Below are positions 27,251 to 35,631 of a DNA stretch of 64,000 nt, piece after piece. The position numbers and the translations under genes are program-made. Source of the DNA: Patescibacteria group bacterium (GTDB taxonomy: Bacteria > Patescibacteriota > Minisyncoccia > Moranbacterales > UBA2206). The notes beneath the pieces are model-generated. The model saw nothing but the letters and a program-made list of their open reading frames with translations, was not told where the DNA came from and did no database searches. The DNA lies in the NCBI GenBank assembly GCA_022709735.1, contig JAKLIG010000001.1:192586-256585 (forward strand), in the 5' to 3' direction. The stretch's first letter is position 1. Every line of letters begins with the position of its first letter.

Positions 27251-29389
27251 ATGAGTAATAAAAAAATCATTATAATTCTTTTGATAATTTTAGCGCTTGG
27301 CGCTTTTTTGCGTTTTTGGAAACTTGACCAACAACCTTTTGTAACGGATGAATTTTTGGATATCAATGCAACTTATGGATATTTCAAAACAGGAGAGTGG
27401 GTGGCATGGGATTTCAATCTTGATCAAGTGAGTGATAATTTGTATGCGCCAAGAGAGGAACGTGCTTGGATTTATCGTGCTCAAGTAGCGCAATTATTCC
27501 ATTTTTTTCCTTTGACGGAAGCAACTGCAAGGTCAGTGAGCGCCTTATGGGGAGTTTTTAGTATAATTATTTTATATTTTGTTTCGACTTATTTTACAAA
27601 AAACAAAACTATCGGGCTTATCTCGGCTTTTCTTTTTGCAGTGAGCATCGCCGGGATAACATTTGACCGGATGCTTCGAATGTACGCCATGTTTTTTCCG
27701 GTTTTTCTTCTTTTTTCTTGGTTTCTTTTTCGATTTTTTGAAGAAGAATATGCGGGTAAGGTCGCAATCATTAAGTTTGTTTGGAATAAATTTGGAATAA
27801 ATTTAAAGTGGTTTTTGCCAGCAACATTTTTTGGACTGCTAAGTTTTCATCTTCATCCGCTCACACTTAATATTGGTGTGGTTTTCGGTGTTTATCTCAT
27901 CATTCAATCCTGTGTGGCTTTTTATCAAAAAAGAACCATATTGAATAAATATACAGCCATTTTATTTTTAACATTACTTGGTTTGATTGCAGCGTATATA
28001 AATAATTCTCAAATATATTCGTTCTATTCCAAAAAAGATCTAATTGCTTTTGATCACGCAAGATGGCGATATTTGCAATCAGTAGCTTCAGATTATATAA
28101 ATGTTTTCTTAGCTTACGGGTTGATTTTTTTCGGTTTTTATGAGCTTAAGAAAAATATCAAAATTCAAAAAGAATCCGTTTGGCTAGTTTGTTGTTTTTT
28201 GGCGATAATTTTTTCAGCCGTATTTTTTTGGAATGAGGTTTTTGGTTTGCGTTTTATTTTCTTTGCGATGTCTTTTGGGATAATTTTGCTTTCAAGCGGA
28301 ATATATTTTTTGGCAGAAAAAAATGGAAAATATTTTCCCGCGTATCAAAAAAAAGTTTTTGTTGGTGTGCTAATGACGGCACTTTTGATTGTTCCAAATT
28401 ATGGTTATTTTTTTTCCAAAGAAAGTCCATATCGAAAAGATGAAACCAAGACTGACTATCGAGCATCTTTCCAATATTTTTTGGATAATAAGAATGAAGA
28501 TGATTCTTTGCTAACGCGAAATTTTCGTAGTTTCTACTACAAAAACGCCAAAGCTAAAATTATCAATAAGGAATGGAACAAAAAAATCAGCTTGGATGAA
28601 TTGAAAAAAATAATGACGGAAAATCCCAGTGGATGGATTGTGACAGGCGATCCAAAAGGGGACATGGAAAAAGACGCTTTGAAATATATAGAAGAAAATT
28701 CACTGGATAAAAAAGAAATTGGCGGAGTTCAAATTTATCATTGGAGTAATAAAGAATTTCAAATAACCATCGCCACTGATTTACACGCTGGGAAAGAGCC
28801 TATAGAAGGAGAAGGCTACGACCCAAGAAAATGGAAAGAAAAACTCGATTATTTAATGGGAAAATCAACCAATTCTAAATTTATAGTAATGGCTGGTGAT
28901 AATCAACAGAGTCCTAATTATGAAATTGCTGATTTACTTAAAGATTACGAAAAACAATCCGGAAAAGATTTTATTTGGGTTAATGGAAATCACGACGGCG
29001 ATATTTATATAAGTAATCAAAAGCATTATTATATAGATTATAATGATTGGAGAATGATTGTTTTATATAATCTTGATCCAAGCGATGATTATGATTGTGC
29101 AAAAGTTGACGAAGAGCAAATGGTTTGGTTGGAATCGATATTGAAAACTGACAAAAAGAAAATTGTTTTTTTGCATTGTCCGGTTTTTAGTAATGGCAAT
29201 GGAAAAAAAGAAGTGCGAGACAGATATAAAGAACTTACGGAGTTATTTAATAATAATAGCGTAGCTTATGTTTATTCTGGGCATTGGCATACTGGTGATT
29301 TTAGGACAAAAATAGATAATGTAGAATATAGGGTTCTTTTGCAGTTGGATTCTTATGGAAATTTTTATGATATTTTAAAACTAGAATAG
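27251..29389 (+). CDS. GT-C-like polytopic membrane protein fused to C-terminal metallophosphoesterase (paralog 3)
   Basis: 712 aa. TDEFLDINATYGYFKTGEWVAWDF. C-terminus has ITIATDLHAG, AGDNQQ, GNHD, FLHCP, GHWHTGD. Confidence 0.65.
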   Translation: MSNKKIIIILLIILALGAFLRFWKLDQQPFVTDEFLDINATYGYFKTGEWVAWDFNLDQVSDNLYAPREERAWIYRAQVAQLFHFFPLTEATARSVSALWGVFSIIILYFVSTYFTKNKTIGLISAFLFAVSIAGITFDRMLRMYAMFFPVFLLFSWFLFRFFEEEYAGKVAIIKFVWNKFGINLKWFLPATFFGLLSFHLHPLTLNIGVVFGVYLIIQSCVAFYQKRTILNKYTAILFLTLLGLIAAYINNSQIYSFYSKKDLIAFDHARWRYLQSVASDYINVFLAYGLIFFGFYELKKNIKIQKESVWLVCCFLAIIFSAVFFWNEVFGLRFIFFAMSFGIILLSSGIYFLAEKNGKYFPAYQKKVFVGVLMTALLIVPNYGYFFSKESPYRKDETKTDYRASFQYFLDNKNEDDSLLTRNFRSFYYKNAKAKIINKEWNKKISLDELKKIMTENPSGWIVTGDPKGDMEKDALKYIEENSLDKKEIGGVQIYHWSNKEFQITIATDLHAGKEPIEGEGYDPRKWKEKLDYLMGKSTNSKFIVMAGDNQQSPNYEIADLLKDYEKQSGKDFIWVNGNHDGDIYISNQKHYYIDYNDWRMIVLYNLDPSDDYDCAKVDEEQMVWLESILKTDKKKIVFLHCPVFSNGNGKKEVRDRYKELTELFNNNSVAYVYSGHWHTGDFRTKIDNVEYRVLLQLDSYGNFYDILKLE

Positions 29390-29390
29390 G

Positions 29391-30422
29391 TTAATATTTT
29401 TTAACACTCACCACCGCTGAATTTCCATTTATTTTTGCAACAGCGACAGATCGCTGATGATAAGCTGAAGGGATATTGTAATTTTTTACTCCGCCAAAAG
29501 TTATCACACCAAGCGTAGCTGGGTGCTTATGTCCGTTGGCAACCATAACAATTCTTTCTTTATTCTTGCTTAGAATTTTTTCAACTTTATTTTTATTAGA
29601 AAGATTCCATAGTGGATGATGGATGAAAATAAGATTTTTTGAACTTTGTTTGAGCTGGGCTTCCAGCCATTCTAGCGCGCCCGAAGTGATTGTTCCGGTG
29701 TAGATGAAGGTATCATCGTGTTTGGCATCAATATGATCTTCTTCGCCTGTATAATTACCATCCAAAACTATAATTTGGTATCCTTTAGCGTTGGCGGTAT
29801 AGCGATTTTTTCGGCCGGTTAAACTGGCAACATTATCTTTGCTCATACTTAAGAGTTCATGATTTCCAACAGTATGATAAGTTGGAAAGGCAGAAAGTAT
29901 GCCACTAGCTTTTCTATAATCAACCTCGGCGTCTTTTTTAGAAATGTATCCCTTAGTAGTTCGGCTTTCAATTAAATCTCCTAAATCTACGATAATATCC
30001 GGCTGCACTTGATTTCGGAAAACCCAGACAGCTGAATTGAGAGAAGAAAATCCATGCGCTTGTCCGGCATGAGCGTCAGCAATAATCCCAACAGTTAGAT
30101 CTGGTCGTGGGGCTTCTTCTTCGGAAGTTTCTTTTTTTGCGGTTTCTTCTGGGACAGTAGCATCTTTATTTGCGTCATTAGTTTTAACTTCTTCTTGGTT
30201 GCTCTCTGGCTTTATTTCTTGCTTTTCATTTTGAGAAGTCGCAATATTTTTTGGCTCCAAAATAATTTCGGCCGGAGCGGTTTTTTGCTCTTCCTGCTTA
30301 ACACCTAAAAATTTTTCAAAACTTTTTGGATATTGGTAGAAGAAAATAAAAGCAAGCACTACTAAGAGTGAAAGAAATGGCAATAAGTGAGATTTTATAG
30401 ATTTCTTTTTTAGCTCGTCCAT
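29391..30422 (-). CDS. Membrane-anchored calcineurin-like metallophosphoesterase with E/K-rich linker
   Basis: 343 aa. N-terminal TM LLPFLSLLVVLAFIFF, about 80-aa low-complexity E/K/T linker, then IIADAHAG, LGDLIE, VGNHE, FIHHPLW, NGHKH. Confidence 0.75.
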   Translation of the reverse strand: MDELKKKSIKSHLLPFLSLLVVLAFIFFYQYPKSFEKFLGVKQEEQKTAPAEIILEPKNIATSQNEKQEIKPESNQEEVKTNDANKDATVPEETAKKETSEEEAPRPDLTVGIIADAHAGQAHGFSSLNSAVWVFRNQVQPDIIVDLGDLIESRTTKGYISKKDAEVDYRKASGILSAFPTYHTVGNHELLSMSKDNVASLTGRKNRYTANAKGYQIIVLDGNYTGEEDHIDAKHDDTFIYTGTITSGALEWLEAQLKQSSKNLIFIHHPLWNLSNKNKVEKILSKNKERIVMVANGHKHPATLGVITFGGVKNYNIPSAYHQRSVAVAKINGNSAVVSVKKY

Positions 30423-30425
30423 AGA

Positions 30426-31889
30426 TTAACTTTTTTTAAATATAATTTTTTTGAAAAAATCAAAATCGTTTTTAGTAAATTCCTTGAGAATAATCAAGGC
30501 AAAGAGATAAACGCCGGAAAGAATAGCTCCCCATAAAATGAAAATCCATTTTTGCGGAGGGAAAAAATATGAAGCAAGGAACATGGCAATTCCTGCTAGA
30601 AGTATTTTTAGAATTTTTTTAATTTCAACAAAACTTCCGAAATATTGAAATGCATAGAGCAATATTATTAAGGTGATTATAACCGAAACAATGGATGTGG
30701 CAGCGGCTGATCCAGAAATTCCGAACCTTGAAATCATGACATAATTCAACCCGGCGTTCAAAATCATTCCAAAAAGCGCAACATACATAGGAATTTTGAC
30801 TTTTCCGGCTCCATTTAGGGCAAAACTGATAATATAAAAAATTGTAAGAAAACCGACACCGGGGGCAAGAATTTGCATTGGGAGAGCGGAATCTGCATAG
30901 CGCGAGCCGAAAAATAATTGAATAAGAGGCGTGGCATAAACAACCATAAGAATTATTATTGGGACTAAAATCATAAACATCAATCTGAAAGTCTGGGTCA
31001 TTATTCTTTTTGCTTCCTCGTGATTATTTTGGGTAATTGCTCTTGAAATTGAAGGAAGCATAACTAAAGTTAGTGCGTAAAATAAATAGTAGGGGATTCG
31101 ACCGACAGTGAGAGAAGCGTTGTAAATTCCAGTCAGATGATCATTGGCGAGCACTCCCTTGACTAAATATAGATCCAAAGAAATCAGAAGCTCATAAAAA
31201 ATCATAAAAAGTGTTACCGGCCAAGCATAATTTATGAGTTTTTTCCAATCAAAAACCTCCTGATTATCTTTGGGAAATTGTCGATCAATAAACAGCCAAT
31301 CGATAAAGAAGGCGGTTAGAAAAACTGTGGCAGGAGAGAGAATATAGCCTATAACCGATCCCTTAAGTCCGAAAAAATAAGCTAGCCCGATGATAAAAAA
31401 TATTTTTGCAAAAGAACGGACGATTTTCAAAGTGGACTGCAAGTTGAAGCGATGAATGCCGATATAGAAATAAAGATAAAAAGAAGCGGCAGCAAAAGAA
31501 GGAATGATTAAAGAGGAAATGCGAAAAAGGGGAGTGAGGGTTGGATCACGCAAAAGAAAAGACAAGACCGGAGCCAAAAGAAAAAAGATTATAGTAATAA
31601 ATCCGATAAGAAAAAACTGCAAAAAAGCCGCCTTTTTTTTGACATTCAGCACTAATCCTGGCTGTTTTTCAAAAAAACCACTAATATATTTGCTCATTGC
31701 TGTTGGAATGCCGTTTCCAATTAGCATTATAATCATTGTGGTGAGCGTAACAATAAGGCCATATCGCCCATAATCAGCCGGACCAAGCATTCTTCCTAGA
31801 AAGGCATGAATAACATAGCCAGAAAAATTAAAAAATATTTCTGCAATAGCAAGCCATAAAATTGATGAAACAACTGATTGTTTCTTCAT
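30426..31889 (-). CDS. Polysaccharide/oligosaccharide flippase, MOP superfamily (Wzx-like)
   Basis: 487 aa, with 12-14 TM helices and typical Wzx organisation. 3-nt gap to the downstream phosphoesterase gene. Confidence 0.65.
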   Translation of the reverse strand: MKKQSVVSSILWLAIAEIFFNFSGYVIHAFLGRMLGPADYGRYGLIVTLTTMIIMLIGNGIPTAMSKYISGFFEKQPGLVLNVKKKAAFLQFFLIGFITIIFFLLAPVLSFLLRDPTLTPLFRISSLIIPSFAAASFYLYFYIGIHRFNLQSTLKIVRSFAKIFFIIGLAYFFGLKGSVIGYILSPATVFLTAFFIDWLFIDRQFPKDNQEVFDWKKLINYAWPVTLFMIFYELLISLDLYLVKGVLANDHLTGIYNASLTVGRIPYYLFYALTLVMLPSISRAITQNNHEEAKRIMTQTFRLMFMILVPIIILMVVYATPLIQLFFGSRYADSALPMQILAPGVGFLTIFYIISFALNGAGKVKIPMYVALFGMILNAGLNYVMISRFGISGSAAATSIVSVIITLIILLYAFQYFGSFVEIKKILKILLAGIAMFLASYFFPPQKWIFILWGAILSGVYLFALIILKEFTKNDFDFFKKIIFKKS

Positions 31890-31895
31890 AGTAAA

Positions 31896-32465
31896 TTAAA
31901 TTAAATTTCTTATTTCTTTGAAAATTTCTTCTTTTTCTTGGTTGCCATCAATTTTTTTCATATTCCAAGAAGAAAATTTTGCGTCATATAATTCTTTTTT
32001 CTTTTGAAGATATTCCATTCCCTGGTCCGGTTTTCTTTCCCGTTGCATTATCATTTCCGGATCAGCGTCAAGATAGACTGCAACGGCTGGTTTTGAAATA
32101 AATTTTTCGCAAGGAATGCGCTTGTCTTTTTTTGAGAGATAATAAATATTTATAATGCTGTCGTAGAAATAGCGGTCGCTTACTAGATAATCAAATTCTT
32201 GTTTCTCTAATTTTTTCAAAAGTCGTTTAAATCTGAATAAATCAATCATTAAAAATATTCTTCGAAGGATAATTTGAAAAAAATTAGCTTTTGCTACGCT
32301 CTTGCTATCGCTGCTTTTCTTTGTAGTGATTTTATTTGCCAAGGAAAATTCAATTGCATGAAAATAAAAAAACTTTTTGTTTTTTGAATTTAAATATTCT
32401 TTCAGTAATTCTATTTGGGTTGATTTTCCGCTGCCGTCAAGTCCGGAAATTGTGATTAGTTTCAT
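31896..32465 (-). CDS. Thymidylate-kinase-like P-loop nucleotide kinase (divergent)
   Basis: 189 aa. P-loop ITISGLDGSGKSTQIELLKEYL. DRY/DRH-like VSDRYFYDS. Tmk-like spacing, but LID/other regions are divergent. Confidence 0.5.
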   Translation of the reverse strand: MKLITISGLDGSGKSTQIELLKEYLNSKNKKFFYFHAIEFSLANKITTKKSSDSKSVAKANFFQIILRRIFLMIDLFRFKRLLKKLEKQEFDYLVSDRYFYDSIINIYYLSKKDKRIPCEKFISKPAVAVYLDADPEMIMQRERKPDQGMEYLQKKKELYDAKFSSWNMKKIDGNQEKEEIFKEIRNLI

Positions 32466-32472
32466 AATTTAA

Positions 32473-33777
32473 TTAATAAGTTAAAATTTCAATTGGTTCT
32501 AATTTTGCTACAAGTTTGATTATTTTATTTTTTTCCATTTCTTTAACTATTTTCTCAGCGTATTCTTTTTGTTTCTCTTTTGGAATACCCAATTCTTTGG
32601 CTTTCCCAATTTCATGATTAGCGGAAAAAAATGTTTCTTCATTTTGATCTGTTCCAACTCCGATATAGGCAATTTCGCTGGCAAAAGGGGAAACTAGCAC
32701 TGGTTCACCAGTTTGGGAAAAAAGCGCGTGAGAGGCCATTTTTGAGGGTCCCAGGGCACGATTAGCGCCATTTCGATGAATAGTGACCTTTCGACCAAAA
32801 TGCATTTCCTCGTCAAAATAAACATGCGGGGCGTCATAAAGAAGTTTAGTCGAAACTGCTCGAGCAAATATTTCTTCCAAGCCCCGATCAATTTCATAAG
32901 TTATCAAAGTTCTATTAGCAAAGCCGTAATTTGAAACAGCACGAAAGGCGGTATCAATATTTTTTTTATCAATCGGAGGAGATATTAATTTAATGAAAAA
33001 TAATATTAAGCGTTGAGAAAAGCTCTTAATAAATCTGGGTGTATAAAGAGATGCGGCATATCTTCCAACGATGCTTGATCCAGTATGCATAAAAAATAAA
33101 TACTGGCCGTTTCTAACTCTTAAAATTTTAGCCGAATTTTCATCTTCGACTGAAGACACTCGCATAAGATGAATAAAATGGCTGGAAGTGGCGCCTAAAA
33201 GTCCAAGTCTAAATTTTGCAATCCAAGAAATAATTTTTGGAATTGCGCCGGAAATTTCTTCTTTGGATATTTTTTTATCTCCAAAAAAATTCCCATGATG
33301 ATAAGTATTTTCAAATTCATTTTTTGTGCGAATTGTGAATTTTTCTTTGAGTGCCATGCTTCCGTGGCGAAAAATGTCAGAAACCATCTCTCCAGAAATT
33401 TTTGTCCCAATGATTTTTTTTGACGGAATATTTTTTTTGAGATTATCGAATAACTTTTTGATATTTTCTGCGGTCATTTCTATGTCATTTAAATCAGTCA
33501 AAACTACTCGCATTCCGCAATTAGGTGCGGCGTCGAGCATTTCCGGCAAAATATTTTCTGATGCCACTACGGAGCCAGTAGGATTTTTTATATTTAGTTT
33601 GGAATGGGCATCACTTAGAATCGCGATATGGTGAAAAATATTTTCATTTTCTCCTATTTTTTCAACTTTTTCCAAAGTGTCATCGCCGGAAAAAGTATTT
33701 TTAGCTGAAAACAAAAAAGCCGGAACCTTCATTTTTCCCGTTTGAAACTTTTTTTTATTCTCAGAAATATTTTCCAT
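32473..33777 (-). CDS. RtcB-family (RNA 3'-phosphate ligase-like) protein, divergent
   Basis: 434 aa. Colinear RtcB motifs: LSDAHSKLNIKNPTGSVVAS (compare PDxHxGxGxxIGxVxA), APNCGMRVV (compare DINCGVRL), GATSSHFIHL (compare GSGNHFLE), FMHTGSSIVGRY (compare HSGSRGLG), SNYGFANRTLI (compare ANYAWANRQ), IHRNGANRA (compare HRKGATRA), SANHEIGKA (compare SxxHGAGR). Several residues at canonical metal/GTP positions are substituted. Confidence 0.55.
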   Translation of the reverse strand: MENISENKKKFQTGKMKVPAFLFSAKNTFSGDDTLEKVEKIGENENIFHHIAILSDAHSKLNIKNPTGSVVASENILPEMLDAAPNCGMRVVLTDLNDIEMTAENIKKLFDNLKKNIPSKKIIGTKISGEMVSDIFRHGSMALKEKFTIRTKNEFENTYHHGNFFGDKKISKEEISGAIPKIISWIAKFRLGLLGATSSHFIHLMRVSSVEDENSAKILRVRNGQYLFFMHTGSSIVGRYAASLYTPRFIKSFSQRLILFFIKLISPPIDKKNIDTAFRAVSNYGFANRTLITYEIDRGLEEIFARAVSTKLLYDAPHVYFDEEMHFGRKVTIHRNGANRALGPSKMASHALFSQTGEPVLVSPFASEIAYIGVGTDQNEETFFSANHEIGKAKELGIPKEKQKEYAEKIVKEMEKNKIIKLVAKLEPIEILTY

Positions 33778-33920
33778 AATATTTAGACTTGCGCGCTTGT
33801 CTCGAAATTACTAAAGCGTAATTTTTATGCTTAAATTAGAATTCTTCTGGTTTACTTAAAATTAATATTTGCAAATAATGCTGGAAATTATTAATTTCTC
33901 GCCAAACATGCAAGTCCTGA

Positions 33921-35057
33921 TCATAGTGTTTTATAAATTTCCTCATAAATCTCGGCAATTTTTCGGATATCAAAATTTTCTTCGCAAAATTTTCTGGCAT
34001 TTTGCCCAATTAAATTTCTTTTTTCGGGATTTTCGTATAAATCCAAAATCGCGTCGACTAATTGTTTGAGGTTATCTTTTTCAATTATAACAGAATTATT
34101 TTTATTTCCCAGCTCTTTTAATATTTCTAAATCAGTTAGAATAACTGGTTTTTCACATGCCATAGCTTCTACAACCGCCAATGGAATGTCAAATTTTCCG
34201 TGCATATTGCTCGCCGGGAACAAGCTTACATCGCATAAATTAAAAACTTCTGGCATAGTGTAGCTTCCATTGTCAAAAAAAGAAACTTTTTCCAGCAGAT
34301 TATTTTCTTTGAGTTTTCCTATGACTTCTTTTTTCTTTTTGGCATCTTTTTCATTCTTAATGCGGACAGCCAGAGCCAATTTAATTTGTGGAATTTTTTC
34401 AGAAACTTCAATAAAGCTATCAATCACCAAATCAATTGCGCCAAGGCGGGTATATTCTCCGGTAAAATTTATCACAAAATCAGAAGGAAGAATATTCTTT
34501 TCTTTCATAAGCGCCGGATCTTTTTCTGTTTTTTTATATTTTTCCAAATCAGTTCCAGGATAAATTCTTTTGACATTTTGAAAACCCAATGAATTTAATT
34601 TATTTTTAGCCCAGTCAGAGTAGGTGATGATGAGATCAGAAAACATCAAATTTCTTATGTCTGTATCCGACCAGAGATCGTCTCTAAGCGCCGCAATAGT
34701 CTGGATAGTTTTAGTTTTTGAAGCGGCAAGAAAATATTTAATCAAAAAAGAATTGAGTTTTGTAGGCGTGAAAAAATAATGATTGATGTCGAATTTTCCC
34801 TTGGTTTTGAATTGAAAAATGAGACAGCGTAATTTTTCAAAAAAGTTAAACTCGGAAACCAGGGAAGTTGTATAAATCGGATGTTGAAAAACATTTTCCG
34901 GTAAATCCGGCAAAATTCCCTTAGTCATTAGGTTAATTTCAAATCCGCTAAGTTTATTTGCAAGATAAAACGCAAAATTTTTAGAACCTTCGTCCCAAGG
35001 TGGAGCAATGGGGCGGGTAACGAGCAATATTTTCTTTTGTAAATTTTCTTGTGTCAT
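33921..35057 (-). CDS. Glycosyltransferase, GT4-type
   Basis: 378 aa. C-terminal EX7E region FPASNMHGKFDIPLAVVEAMACEKPVILTD. Confidence 0.75.
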   Translation of the reverse strand: MTQENLQKKILLVTRPIAPPWDEGSKNFAFYLANKLSGFEINLMTKGILPDLPENVFQHPIYTTSLVSEFNFFEKLRCLIFQFKTKGKFDINHYFFTPTKLNSFLIKYFLAASKTKTIQTIAALRDDLWSDTDIRNLMFSDLIITYSDWAKNKLNSLGFQNVKRIYPGTDLEKYKKTEKDPALMKEKNILPSDFVINFTGEYTRLGAIDLVIDSFIEVSEKIPQIKLALAVRIKNEKDAKKKKEVIGKLKENNLLEKVSFFDNGSYTMPEVFNLCDVSLFPASNMHGKFDIPLAVVEAMACEKPVILTDLEILKELGNKNNSVIIEKDNLKQLVDAILDLYENPEKRNLIGQNARKFCEENFDIRKIAEIYEEIYKTL

Positions 35058-35145
35058 ATTTAGTTTTATTTAAGCTAATTTTTAGCCCAAAGTATTGACA
35101 GAATTAAAAAAATAAATTAAATTTAAAATGTTGTTTTTATTTAAG

Positions 35146-35270
35146 GTGATTTGCGGCTTTTGTCGCCACACCACCACCAAGGGGAGAAGTTAAGGCAAGA
35201 AGGTAGCCACGAGCAATATTACTTGCTTTTATCTTCTCACACGCTTAACTCCTCCTCTTGGAAACTTTTC
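35146..35270 (+). ncRNA. Candidate structured small RNA (GC-rich intergenic element, family unassigned)
   Basis: Intergenic, no ORF. GC content is clearly above the flanks. The nested helices are: a 10-bp helix ccaaggggag (35178-35187) pairing ctcctcttgg (35253-35262) with one G-U; a 1x1 mismatch; a 7-bp helix agttaag/cttaact; a 3x6 internal loop; a 5-bp helix agaag/cttct; and an apical hairpin agcaa-tattac-ttgct. A small upstream hairpin is gcggc-tttt-gtcgc. Possible sigma70-like promoter: ttgaca at about 35096, 17-nt spacer, then taaatt. Confidence 0.4.
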
Positions 35271-35274
35271 TAGA

Positions 35275-35625
35275 TCAAAAATTCTTATATATCTCTTTTT
35301 TCTCATTTCCTGAAATTACCTGAATGGTAATTTTTTTGTCGGATGATAGGCTGAAATTTATTCTTCCTTTTTCTCCTTTCTTGATTTCAAAGGCGCCCTC
35401 TTTAATTTTTTCTTTGTCGGATAAAATAGTCCACTCGAAATTATTTTTGTCCGAATGATTTTCAATTACAAAATCAAAAACATCAGATTTTGGTTCGACA
35501 AAATAAAGCGACCACCAATTCTTGCCAACATTTTCATCGGATTGTTTTTTTTCATTCCAAGACAAAAGGGAAGCACTTAGAAGAAAAGAAAATATAACTG
35601 CCGAAATGATTAATTTATTTTTCAT
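35275..35625 (-). CDS. Small secreted protein (unknown)
   Basis: 116 aa. N-terminal signal/anchor LIISAVIFSFLLSASLLS, then a hydrophilic beta-rich sequence. Confidence 0.4.
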   Translation of the reverse strand: MKNKLIISAVIFSFLLSASLLSWNEKKQSDENVGKNWWSLYFVEPKSDVFDFVIENHSDKNNFEWTILSDKEKIKEGAFEIKKGEKGRINFSLSSDKKITIQVISGNEKKEIYKNF

Positions 35626-35631
35626 AAAAAA

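Noticed and set aside
23507-29389. Assembly duplication artefact as the explanation for the three paralogous genes
   Set aside because: The copies are diverged at about 40-60% of residues and differ in length and C-terminal domain. This looks like biological duplication and divergence, not collapsed or expanded repeats.
35058-35274. tRNA or known RNA family in the GC-rich intergenic element
   Set aside because: No cloverleaf and no TPsiC (GGTTCGAAT-like) or anticodon-arm pattern could be drawn. The resemblance to SRP RNA domain IV is weak. Kept only as an unassigned ncRNA candidate.
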